Below, piece after piece: positions 1-8,575 of a DNA stretch of 26,528 bases. Made by a program: the position numbers and the translations under genes. Each line of letters opens with the position of its first letter. Within the stretch, counting starts at the first letter, position 1. The stretch comes from Candidatus Thalassarchaeaceae archaeon (lineage in GTDB: Archaea; Thermoplasmatota; Poseidoniia; Poseidoniales; Thalassarchaeaceae), in contig JASLKH010000036.1 in NCBI GenBank assembly GCA_030747675.1, positions 1-26,528 of the forward strand, read 5' to 3'. Under the pieces are notes generated by a model. The model was given only the letters and a program-made list of their open reading frames with translations. It made no database searches and had not been told where the DNA came from.

Positions 1-125
1 ATTTTTCCAACGCTAAGCGTCGACACATCTCCGCAGGTGAGAAGTCTCGCGTACCGCGTGGGCGTTGGAACATCGGACTCCTGCGCGTGCCTACGCCACT
101 TCAATCCGATGGCTTTCTTATTCAT
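1..125 (-). CDS. Possible 5' end of a gene running off the window (MNKKAIGLKWRRHAQESDVPTPTRYARLLTCGDVSTLSVGK...), product unknown
   Basis: ATG at 125 (minus) opens a frame with no stop through position 1, on the same strand and 39 bp downstream of the GtrA-like gene. Too short to identify. Confidence 0.35.
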   Translation of the reverse strand, partial: MNKKAIGLKWRRHAQESDVPTPTRYARLLTCGDVSTLSVGK

Positions 126-164
126 CAAAAAGGGATTATTCGTGGTTTCGGAAATGGCCAATAA

Positions 165-689
165 TCACTCTTCTTCTAATTCAGGATAAAATGCAACTAA
201 TCGGAGCCCGATGAAATTCATTGGCCCGAATACGCAAGATTGAACAATCCAAGAAACCCAATGATTCAATTCAAACACATTGACCAAAAAGAATCCAGAA
301 ATCGTTGCAGCAGAACCGATGGTGATGTAAACCAATTGAGACCAGAATAAACTCTCAAAATATTTTGTCTTTGATTTCCCAAAGGTTACTCTTCGATGAA
401 GCATGTGTGCTTCAATTGAACAAAGGAACCATGCGATACCGTATGCAAAGGTATGAATGTAGGATTCTGCAGAAAATTTCAATGGGTTTACAATATAAAC
501 AAAAGTGTAAAAACTGAAGAAAACAAGTGTATTTACTCCCCCAATGAACAAGAATTTGGTGTATTCACCAGCGAATCTTCGTCGATCATATTCTTCATCA
601 ACAAGGCGATTTTTGGCCCCAATTGCACGCTCTAAAATGGGGTTTTTTTTCTGCTCCTCCACATCACCACCCCACGTCATTCCAATCAT
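165..689 (-). CDS. GtrA-like small membrane protein (polyprenyl-linked sugar flippase family)
   Basis: About 4 hydrophobic helices; GtrA-like N-terminal 'KFLFIGGVNTLVFF' and C-terminal 'NFIGLRLVAF'. Exact start uncertain. Confidence 0.75.
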   Translation of the reverse strand: MIGMTWGGDVEEQKKNPILERAIGAKNRLVDEEYDRRRFAGEYTKFLFIGGVNTLVFFSFYTFVYIVNPLKFSAESYIHTFAYGIAWFLCSIEAHMLHRRVTFGKSKTKYFESLFWSQLVYITIGSAATISGFFLVNVFELNHWVSWIVQSCVFGPMNFIGLRLVAFYPELEEE

Positions 690-1239
690 CGTCTGAATCC
701 TGCTGACTCCATGTTACGTCAACTGCACCTAAAGCATCCTTCTTCTCCTTGCCGGCGGAGGGATGTAGTTGAACTGCAACGGGAGAAGTGTCTGGAACTT
801 CAATATCATCTGCAATTTCGGTAATATCTAATTGATTAACTAATTCCGAAACATCGCCTGTTTCAACAAGTGATTCCCGACGAATTCCAACACTTTCTGT
901 CAACACTTCAGTCCCAGTGCGATCTGTTTGATTACCTAACATCGAAGGCTCCTCAAGATTACCAAATGCTTTGGCAAGAAGGCTAGTAGAAACAGGAGGG
1001 GGAGCCTGTGCCTTTTGTCTTGCCAATTCTCGCTGAGATTCTAACCGCTGTTCTTCTCTCACTTTAGCATCCTCTTTGAGAAACGTTTCACGAATATCCC
1101 GTTCCTCTTTTCTTCGCGCCATTTCGGCTTTAGCCGCTCTGGATGGGCGATCCCATCCTCGCCAAAATTTCCAGCAAATTGGAATTAAAACAAAGGCAAC
1201 GAATGCCATTATCAAAATCCAAGTTTGAATGGTTGGCAC
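664..1239 (-). CDS. Hypothetical single-pass membrane protein with coiled coil and acidic disordered tail
   Basis: 191-aa ORF: N-terminal TM helix, E/R/K-rich heptad-like segment, low-complexity acidic tail ending DDDWNDVGW; fits a run of minus-strand genes. Confidence 0.75.
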   Translation of the reverse strand: MPTIQTWILIMAFVAFVLIPICWKFWRGWDRPSRAAKAEMARRKEERDIRETFLKEDAKVREEQRLESQRELARQKAQAPPPVSTSLLAKAFGNLEEPSMLGNQTDRTGTEVLTESVGIRRESLVETGDVSELVNQLDITEIADDIEVPDTSPVAVQLHPSAGKEKKDALGAVDVTWSQQDSDDDWNDVGW

Positions 1240-1263
1240 GGTTGTCCCAATCGGTAGTGCTTC

Positions 1264-2796
1264 TCAAGCATCACGGTCAGGAGTTTCGCCCGTCCACTCA
1301 GCCAAAGTTCTAGCAATGTGCACAGGAACATCACTAGCAGAGAGACCTGGTCCCAATTCAATTGCTGCTGCTGAACCTGCACTCCGCATGAGAGCGCATC
1401 CCAACCTTGCTGCGGCCCATGGACTCATCCCTTGAGCCAAAAGCCCTGCGATACATCCTGACAACAGGTCTCCAGTGCCCCCAACAGACATTCGAGCATG
1501 ACCTCCGCTAGCATAGCAATGTCGTCGTCCAGGAGCCCACAACTGATCTTCAGAACCTGTTCGAACAATTACACATGATTCATCCTCAACAACCTGATCA
1601 ATACCATCCCTTTTTGCTCGGATACTCAATACTTCAACAGGATCTGATGCCCCCAACCAATGTTCCATTTCTTTTGTATGAGGAGTCACAACACCAAGCA
1701 TTCCAGATGGCCATTCATGAGATGGTAATGCCCTAATTGCATCCGCATCAATTACCATCGGAATATTATGTTCAATCAAAGTTGAGATGATTTCACGAAC
1801 TGCTTCCATAGTTGGACCTTTGCGACCCAATCCCGGGCCAATTAGTGCAGCTTGACATCCTCTCCCAGACAATGCTCTACTCAGAATTGTATCGACTGAT
1901 TTTGGTGTCAAGATATCTGCGTCCGACAAATTCTCAGGAATCAATGAAAGTGGCCAATCTGCACGAGCGACTGCATCCGTTGGCATTGCAACATGGATCA
2001 AATCACACCCACTTCTTTCAGCAGCCAAACCGGCCAATAATGGTGCACCGTGATATGGGCCGCCTCCTATGATCAACAGTCGACCTCGATCCCCTTTGCG
2101 AGCATCTTTCCGAATAGGTGGGTGGCGGCGAGCATCCCCTGGCCCACAGTCTTCAACTTGTGGGGGCCAAGGCAAATTTGCTACATGTATCTCTCCAACT
2201 TCACTTCGAACATCTCTCTCCTCATCTCGCAACGACCATTTTTCTGCATGGAAGGTTACAGTGGCATCTGCTATGATGACATCAGGGCCACCCAATCCTG
2301 TAGGCATATCACAAGCCAATGTTAGTGAATTCCGGCCACGACTCTCAGAGAGCCATGAGCGTACACTTGCAACATCTCCTCGCAATTGGACACCTGAATA
2401 TCCTGGACCTGCACCAATTAGGCAATCAATGACTAAAGCAGGAGTTCCAGAGCCACTTTGAGCCTGAGTTTGAGGCCATATCGATTCTTGAATTCCTGCT
2501 TTTTGGCAGGCTTCACGAAAATGTTGGGCTGCTGAGCTACGCTGGATTAAACTGGTTGCAAGGATGCGAACATCCACACCTTCTTCAGCAAGACCAAGTG
2601 CCGCAGCATAACCATCTCCACCATTATTTCCACGGCCACATAAAATCCAAACTGGACCTTTTGGTTTTTGTTTTGCCACGAGCATTCTTGAGGCCTGAGC
2701 AGCCAATGCTTGACCTGCAGCGCTCATCAAATCTTGAACATCAATTCCAAGCGCTGCCGCATTCTCATCAAAGGCAGATACTTCCGCCCAATGCAT
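1264..2796 (-). CDS. nnr: Bifunctional NAD(P)H-hydrate epimerase/dehydratase (NnrE-NnrD fusion)
   Basis: YjeF_N motifs GRGNNGGDG, DCLIGAG, DMPTG; carbohydrate-kinase motifs GPYHGAPLLAG, IGPGLG, DADA, TPH, GGTGDLLSG. Start set at MHWAEV (2796); the ORF extends to 2838. Confidence 0.93.
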   Translation of the reverse strand: MHWAEVSAFDENAAALGIDVQDLMSAAGQALAAQASRMLVAKQKPKGPVWILCGRGNNGGDGYAAALGLAEEGVDVRILATSLIQRSSAAQHFREACQKAGIQESIWPQTQAQSGSGTPALVIDCLIGAGPGYSGVQLRGDVASVRSWLSESRGRNSLTLACDMPTGLGGPDVIIADATVTFHAEKWSLRDEERDVRSEVGEIHVANLPWPPQVEDCGPGDARRHPPIRKDARKGDRGRLLIIGGGPYHGAPLLAGLAAERSGCDLIHVAMPTDAVARADWPLSLIPENLSDADILTPKSVDTILSRALSGRGCQAALIGPGLGRKGPTMEAVREIISTLIEHNIPMVIDADAIRALPSHEWPSGMLGVVTPHTKEMEHWLGASDPVEVLSIRAKRDGIDQVVEDESCVIVRTGSEDQLWAPGRRHCYASGGHARMSVGGTGDLLSGCIAGLLAQGMSPWAAARLGCALMRSAGSAAAIELGPGLSASDVPVHIARTLAEWTGETPDRDA

Positions 2797-2844
2797 ACAC
2801 CAGCGAGCGGCTTCACGCCCGCGTCCGTTCGCGCCCACAATGTC

Positions 2845-4554
2845 CTACGAGAGTTCCGCGTCCATGACTCCTTCGGGTGATGAGAGGTGTTCCCACCCTT
2901 CAATGACGTCTCCAACATTAGCCACCAATGGATCATCTCCACCAGGTAACATCGAGATATCAGCACCTGCACCTGCACCCTCTGGAACGTTCCGATACAA
3001 CGGCCTTGATGCTAAGACATGATTGAAACCAATGAATATTGCACCAACAACTCCCCAGAAGAGGAAAATGATTGTGATTCCATGAGGATTACTTGGGTCC
3101 CAAACATTCGGAGTGTTAGCAATCATGTCTCCAAAGTAAGACAGAAGGAGAACAGTGAATAACACAGGGAAGGCAATGAACATTAGGAAATCCCACCAAG
3201 GTCCAATCCATACATCGTTATCTCCAGTGTTAACGAATTCATCTCTGAAGGCAGGGACACCATGACGTATGTATCCCATTAATCCTTCTTCGGCCTCCCC
3301 AAGGTCGACCTTTCTACGCCAAGCAATCCAACCATATTGCCAGATAGTGTAAGCGATGAATAAACCGCTGAACATCAAGCCATATCCCCAGATGTGATCT
3401 TGAACTTCCAAGAATTCAGGGAATGCAACACCATCGGCATCCAAATGAATCCAAAGGAAGGTAGAAGGTAATCCAAAGAAGAAAATTGCAGAGCCTGTGA
3501 TTCCAACAGACTTGTTGCGAGAGAAGCCGTGATCCACGAAGTTACGAACACAAAGTTCGACTGTAGAAATCATACTTGTCAACGCAGCAAAAGTTAGTGC
3601 CAAGAAGAATGCCCACATCATAATCCATTGTGTAACCGTACCACCAGGAGCCTGAGCGAATACCTCTGGTAATGCGAGGAAAGTTATGGCACTTGAACCG
3701 CCTGTAACTGTTGCTAATGGATCTGCTTGTACTGCAAAAATTGCACTTAGAACGGTAAGTCCTGCAATAATTGAGATGCTGTTGTTTGCCAAACCCATTG
3801 TGAAAGCGTTCAATGTTGTATCTTCGTCCTTTCGCATGTAAACCGCGTATGTGATGGCCATACCCATTCCTGCTGAACAAGACCATGCCGATTGGCTGAG
3901 GCCATTAATCCAAGTTTCAGGTTCCATCAATATTTCACCATCAACGCTGAACATGAATAGAACACCATCAGGTGTTCCATCAGAGAAATCCATCCACAAG
4001 GCCAAGAATAATGCAAGGAAAAGTAGGGCAAAGAGACTGAGCATCATGAATGTGTTTGCCTTTTCAATCATTTTAGCACCGCCCCAAATTGCAATCAACG
4101 TAATTGCAATTACAAGTGATTGGAACAATATCACTAATTCAGTTGTCTGAAGGAAATTATTCCATACTTCAACAGTATCGATACCACTATCCAATCCTCC
4201 TGTAAATCCAAGACGGAAATAATTCATGCACCATCCAGCAACAACTGCGTAGTAGAATCCAATCGCGGTTGAAATCCAAGCTGTCCACAGCCCCATCCAA
4301 GCCAATTTACGACCTCCGAAAATTCGGAATGTTCCAACAGTGCCTGTTCGGCTACGCTTACCTAAAGCGAATTCAGCGATTACCAGTGGAATTGACCAAA
4401 CAAACAAGAAAAATAACCAAGGTATGAGGAATGTACCTCCACCATTAGCCCCTACCATTCGTGGAAATCGCCAGATATTACCTGTTCCAATCGCAGCTCC
4501 AATTGTTGCGAAAATAAGACCCCAGCGGGATGAAAACTCGTCACTCTTCTGCAT
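2845..4554 (-). CDS. Sodium-dependent transporter, neurotransmitter:sodium symporter (NSS/SNF) family, probably amino-acid uptake
   Basis: N-terminal signature GAAIGTGNIWRFP, 'EFALG', about 12 TM segments. Confidence 0.93.
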   Translation of the reverse strand: MQKSDEFSSRWGLIFATIGAAIGTGNIWRFPRMVGANGGGTFLIPWLFFLFVWSIPLVIAEFALGKRSRTGTVGTFRIFGGRKLAWMGLWTAWISTAIGFYYAVVAGWCMNYFRLGFTGGLDSGIDTVEVWNNFLQTTELVILFQSLVIAITLIAIWGGAKMIEKANTFMMLSLFALLFLALFLALWMDFSDGTPDGVLFMFSVDGEILMEPETWINGLSQSAWSCSAGMGMAITYAVYMRKDEDTTLNAFTMGLANNSISIIAGLTVLSAIFAVQADPLATVTGGSSAITFLALPEVFAQAPGGTVTQWIMMWAFFLALTFAALTSMISTVELCVRNFVDHGFSRNKSVGITGSAIFFFGLPSTFLWIHLDADGVAFPEFLEVQDHIWGYGLMFSGLFIAYTIWQYGWIAWRRKVDLGEAEEGLMGYIRHGVPAFRDEFVNTGDNDVWIGPWWDFLMFIAFPVLFTVLLLSYFGDMIANTPNVWDPSNPHGITIIFLFWGVVGAIFIGFNHVLASRPLYRNVPEGAGAGADISMLPGGDDPLVANVGDVIEGWEHLSSPEGVMDAELS

Positions 4555-4558
4555 AATA

Positions 4559-4565
4559 CCACCTC
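4559..4565 (-). promoter_or_regulatory. Shine-Dalgarno site GAGGTGG for the NSS transporter
   Basis: GAGGTGG lies 4 nt before the ATG at 4554, inside the 12-bp gap after the peptidase stop. Confidence 0.7.
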
Positions 4566-4566
4566 T

Positions 4567-6723
4567 CTAGTCAAGAGCGCCAACAATTGGAGTCTCTTCT
4601 TCACCGGATTCATTCATTTTCTTGATCGCCAGACCTAGGCTACCCCAGACTGTGCCTGCAACTAATGCAAATAGTAAGAAAGCCAGAATTGCATTGCCGT
4701 AGGGTGCACGGTACGCAATTGTAACTTCTTCGTATCCTCCATTTGCAGGATATGAGAATGGGAAGGTTCCTGAACGCGTACCAAGCATCGCTTTGTATTG
4801 TAATTTACCACTAAATTCATCTTCAACTGGTACGTAGGAAACAATCAAGTTTCCAGTTTCATTGTTATTCAGTGTGCAATTTGAGCCTGTTTCTTCAAAA
4901 CCAGTCATCGCCCATTCCTCACTGAACCATTCTTTGGGACCATAATCAGATTGTTGACGAGTAGGTTTCACCTTTCGCCACATAACATGGCTATACGTCT
5001 CGTTGATGGTGTAAGGGAACGATGGATCAACACACATCTCGATAGGAATCGGTCCTTCATCTGGAATTGTGAGGTTGTCTGAATCAATAATCCATTGACT
5101 TGTATCTGCTTCTTCGATTCCAACACGAGCACGCTCCCTTGGATTGTCAGCAATCTCAAGCATATAGAATGGGATTCCAAGATTTCGAACAGCAATGTGA
5201 TCAATATCAGATGGGTGTTGATGGAAAGCAGTTCCAATTTCAATGGTGTAACAATATGAATCATGGACACCGTAATGCCAATCACAATAATCTCCAGTTG
5301 TTGGGTACAAATCACTACTCTGCATGTTTTGGTAGAGTGTCATTTCGGCCATTTCATTTCCATGGAAAATTAATTCTTCGTGATCTGGAGTCTCACAATC
5401 CGTGCAATGACCCCACGGATAAAGCACAAGTTCAGAGTAAGAATGCCAAGTCAATGTGGCTCGATAATCAGATGCACCATCGCCATCATCATCATTCATC
5501 TCAGTTAGATCTTGAATGAATCGTGTCTCTGGTTCCGAATTTCCACCCCACCAATCTTCATCAGTTTGTCCATCGGCATCATCATCCTTACCATCAACGT
5601 GGTCTTCGTTAATTTGTCCATCGCCATCATTGTCAGTGTCATCTACTGGGCCGTTGTAAACATCATTGTTTGCTCCTGTTCCAGCATAGCACATTCCAGG
5701 GAAAAGAGGGCCTGTTGCCCCTAGAGGGGCGCCCCACTCAAACTGATAATTTCGATTCAAGTCGACACCGTCGCAGCTTTCATCAACTTCTTCATCGGTG
5801 TCAGGAATAGGTGTAATCCCGGTTACAGTATTGTCACGCAGATTCTTGCGCCATCCTGCAGACTCACAGTTCCAAGCATCCTCTCCACAGAACACTTCAC
5901 GATCGTATCGATTGCCATCAACATTGAGCATTGGAATTAGATAAATTTCACGGGTGTTGACCAAATTAGTGATTTCCTGCTCAGAAAAATCCTCGTCTAC
6001 TCCAAGGTCACCAGGTCCACAAGGAATTCCATCTCCATTTGAATCTTGGAATTCCGTCGCAAGTCGAAGGCAATCGCCGTCGTCATCAAGAATGCCATCA
6101 CCATCATCGTCACCCCATCCATCCTCATCGTACTCACCATCACCATCATTGTCTATGGCGGCAGAGCCGTAATAGTAGGCTAAAGTTTCAAGGAAAAACA
6201 TCGGTACCTCGTATGACATCCATTCACGTGCATGATGGTTTCCAACTAATTGGATATCTGGGATGTCAGCATAATTCCCACAATCTCCAACGAAACTATT
6301 GCATGTCCCCCCATGGACTCCCTCAAGTTCCTCACCGCCTCCTGTGATTTTCATCCAAGGTGATGGGTGGCTGTAAAAATGACCTTTGTAATCATCAGCA
6401 GTCATATCCATTCCACGAGCATTGATTCCTCCGTCAAGGCCCTCATGAAATGACATTATGACATCATTTTGTTCAGCTAGTTGCATCATTCGATCCCGCA
6501 TTGAATCATAGTCATGATAAGCCTTGAACTGCATTGCGTCAGTCCCCCCCCATGGATAAATTTCATTCGCATATGTGTAACTCCATGTGTCTTCAGGAGT
6601 ATTGCCTTGCACATCATCATCTTGAGAATTTTCAATGCTTCCAGTGAGCATTGGAATCACCATACAGAATGTCACTAGCAGTGTTATGAGTCGACGATTC
6701 GCCATTGCAACCGCTTGGCCCAC
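4567..6723 (-). CDS. Secreted, C-terminally membrane-anchored M14 zinc carboxypeptidase with Asp-rich inserts
   Basis: Signal-peptide-like N-terminus; Zn ligands HHARE (HxxE) and WHSYS; RKN and GVDLNRNY motifs; catalytic TIEIG; C-terminal TM helix with basic/acidic tail; GTG start preceded by GGGAGA. Confidence 0.92.
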   Translation of the reverse strand: MGQAVAMANRRLITLLVTFCMVIPMLTGSIENSQDDDVQGNTPEDTWSYTYANEIYPWGGTDAMQFKAYHDYDSMRDRMMQLAEQNDVIMSFHEGLDGGINARGMDMTADDYKGHFYSHPSPWMKITGGGEELEGVHGGTCNSFVGDCGNYADIPDIQLVGNHHAREWMSYEVPMFFLETLAYYYGSAAIDNDGDGEYDEDGWGDDDGDGILDDDGDCLRLATEFQDSNGDGIPCGPGDLGVDEDFSEQEITNLVNTREIYLIPMLNVDGNRYDREVFCGEDAWNCESAGWRKNLRDNTVTGITPIPDTDEEVDESCDGVDLNRNYQFEWGAPLGATGPLFPGMCYAGTGANNDVYNGPVDDTDNDGDGQINEDHVDGKDDDADGQTDEDWWGGNSEPETRFIQDLTEMNDDDGDGASDYRATLTWHSYSELVLYPWGHCTDCETPDHEELIFHGNEMAEMTLYQNMQSSDLYPTTGDYCDWHYGVHDSYCYTIEIGTAFHQHPSDIDHIAVRNLGIPFYMLEIADNPRERARVGIEEADTSQWIIDSDNLTIPDEGPIPIEMCVDPSFPYTINETYSHVMWRKVKPTRQQSDYGPKEWFSEEWAMTGFEETGSNCTLNNNETGNLIVSYVPVEDEFSGKLQYKAMLGTRSGTFPFSYPANGGYEEVTIAYRAPYGNAILAFLLFALVAGTVWGSLGLAIKKMNESGEEETPIVGALD

Positions 6724-6768
6724 TCAAGTTCTCCCTTTCAAGTCAACGCATCGATGGCTTGGCGGAAA

Positions 6769-6784
6769 CGTCCCTTAAGGGACG
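6769..6784. promoter_or_regulatory. Perfect 16-bp palindrome CGTCCCTTAAGGGACG in a divergent intergenic region
   Basis: The sequence equals its own reverse complement and lies between the divergent peptidase (6723) and mscS (6842) starts. Function inferred. Confidence 0.55.
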
Positions 6785-6841
6785 GTTTCGTGCGGATTAC
6801 GAAAGCGAAAGCATCAACATCGTATTTCAGGTCCCGTAGCC

Positions 6842-7969
6842 ATGGAGAACCAAACCAGTGATGAAAATTGGATGACAGATGTTGTCGAAATTGTACCCAA
6901 TTGGGAAAGTGAAATGATTGGATTCAATCAAGGAACAATGGCCGTTCTGATTGGAATGATAATTCTAGTCTTAATTGCTAGACAACTATCTCTTCTGCTA
7001 ATGCCTCGCTTATTCAAGACAATGTGCGAAAAAAGCCCTATGGCAGATTTGGCAATTCGTGGCTCAAGTACTGCACTTGGTACAGCCATTGGAGCAGGTC
7101 TTCTCACACTGATTTCAGTTGAGTTAATTGCAAGTGATTCAACACTGATGCCGGAACTCATCTCAATTTGGTTACCTTCGATTGCAAAAGTAACCATGCT
7201 CGTAGCTCTAATGATGTGGGCACTACGATTGACTGGTATTGTACAAAGCGTGGTCGAATACTGGGATGATGATGATGAATTAGATGGAAGTGAAAAAACT
7301 CTCATCAGTGCAGTAGAAAGTGTACTTCGATTTTGTATTGTGGTCTTCGGTTCGATATTCATTGCAGATGCATTACACTTTGATCTCACAACAATGGTCG
7401 CAGGATTAGGAATTACAGGACTTGCTTTGGCATTAGCAGCCAAGGATTCAATTGCCAACATCTTCGGGGCTGCCACGGTTCTCTTGGATCGGCCATTCAG
7501 GGTAGGGGACTGGATTATTGCAGCAGGGGCAGAAGGGGAAGTGATCATGATTTCACTTCGAACAACTCTACTACGAACAAGCATGGATACTGTTATTACG
7601 ATACCAAACGCAAGTTTGACAAATCAATCAATTGAGAACTTTGGGAAAAGGCGATGGCGGAGATACAGGCCTGTTCTTTCACTCGATCTCGATAGTAATC
7701 CCGATGCGGTACAAACATTCTGTGAAGACGTTGAAAGTTTGATTCAAAATGATGAAAACACAATGAAAGAAGATGATTCATGGGCAAAAGTAACTGGTAT
7801 TGTCAAAGATTCAATTGAGGTCAGTTGCAACATTTACTGGGATGTGGAAGGCGGAGCTGATGAAAGAGCTGCGAAGCAAGACTGGTTGCTGAATGTTGCA
7901 CGAATTGCTAAGAAAAACAAAGTAGAATTTTTCGAGCCAAGGAATCGTAACCAACGCACACTCAATTGA
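6842..7969 (+). CDS. mscS: Small-conductance mechanosensitive channel family protein
   Basis: Several N-terminal TMs, GLGITGLALALAAKDSIANIFG pore helix, DRPFRVGDWI, 'TIPNASL' beta domain. Confidence 0.93.
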   Translation: MENQTSDENWMTDVVEIVPNWESEMIGFNQGTMAVLIGMIILVLIARQLSLLLMPRLFKTMCEKSPMADLAIRGSSTALGTAIGAGLLTLISVELIASDSTLMPELISIWLPSIAKVTMLVALMMWALRLTGIVQSVVEYWDDDDELDGSEKTLISAVESVLRFCIVVFGSIFIADALHFDLTTMVAGLGITGLALALAAKDSIANIFGAATVLLDRPFRVGDWIIAAGAEGEVIMISLRTTLLRTSMDTVITIPNASLTNQSIENFGKRRWRRYRPVLSLDLDSNPDAVQTFCEDVESLIQNDENTMKEDDSWAKVTGIVKDSIEVSCNIYWDVEGGADERAAKQDWLLNVARIAKKNKVEFFEPRNRNQRTLN

Positions 7970-7974
7970 GGTGA
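7968..7974 (+). promoter_or_regulatory. Shine-Dalgarno site GAGGTGA for gpmA
   Basis: GAGGTGA overlaps the mscS stop codon and lies 4 nt before TTG at 7979, supporting the TTG start. Confidence 0.75.
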
Positions 7975-7978
7975 ATCT

Positions 7979-8575
7979 TTGGCTCAACTCATATTGTTAC
8001 GCCATGGTCAATCTGTATGGAATGCTGCCAACAAATTCACAGGGTGGACTGATGTTGATCTTTCAAAAAAGGGCGAAGAAGAAGCTGCTGCGGCAGGAAA
8101 GCAATTGGCAGATGTTGACATCAATGTCGTTCATACTAGCGACCTTATGCGGGCACAGCGTACTGCAAAAATTGTAATGCAACATAACCAAGTATCCAAT
8201 AACTACCCTACTCACGAAGATTACCGCTTGAATGAGCGGCATTATGGGGCATTACAAGGGTTGGATAAGGACGAAACGCGTGCCAAATACGGTGCGGAGC
8301 AAGTCCACATTTGGCGTCGGTCATATGATGTCCCTCCACCTGAAGGTGAAAGTTTAGCAATGTGTGCAGAGCGTACACTTCCTTACCTCTCAGAGGTAAT
8401 ATTACCTGATCTTGATGCTGGAAAGAATGTCTTAGTCGCAGCTCATGGGAATAGTCTCAGAAGTATAGTCATGAATATAGAGAATTTGACCAAAGATGAA
8501 GTTCTCTGTTTAGAAATTCCAACAGGGACTCCACGGATTTATTCCTATGAAAATGGGCTATTCACCAGGGCTTAG
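7979..8575 (+). CDS. gpmA: 2,3-bisphosphoglycerate-dependent phosphoglycerate mutase
   Basis: LLRHGQSVWN (phospho-His), FTGWTDVDL, RLNERHYGALQG, RRSYDVPPP, AHGNSLR. Confidence 0.93.
   Translation: MAQLILLRHGQSVWNAANKFTGWTDVDLSKKGEEEAAAAGKQLADVDINVVHTSDLMRAQRTAKIVMQHNQVSNNYPTHEDYRLNERHYGALQGLDKDETRAKYGAEQVHIWRRSYDVPPPEGESLAMCAERTLPYLSEVILPDLDAGKNVLVAAHGNSLRSIVMNIENLTKDEVLCLEIPTGTPRIYSYENGLFTRA

Noticed and set aside
643-650. T8 run (A8 on the coding strand) near the 5' end of the GtrA-like gene as a slippage or phase-variation site
   Set aside because: The frame is intact and encodes QKKN; a single 8-mer is weak evidence.
5954-6347. Ser/Pro-rich and poly-His ORFs on the plus strand
   Set aside because: Shadows of the GAT/GGT-rich acidic repeats of the peptidase on the opposite strand.
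6928-7584. 218-aa minus-strand ORF
   Set aside because: Entirely antisense to the clearly identified mscS; no motif of its own.
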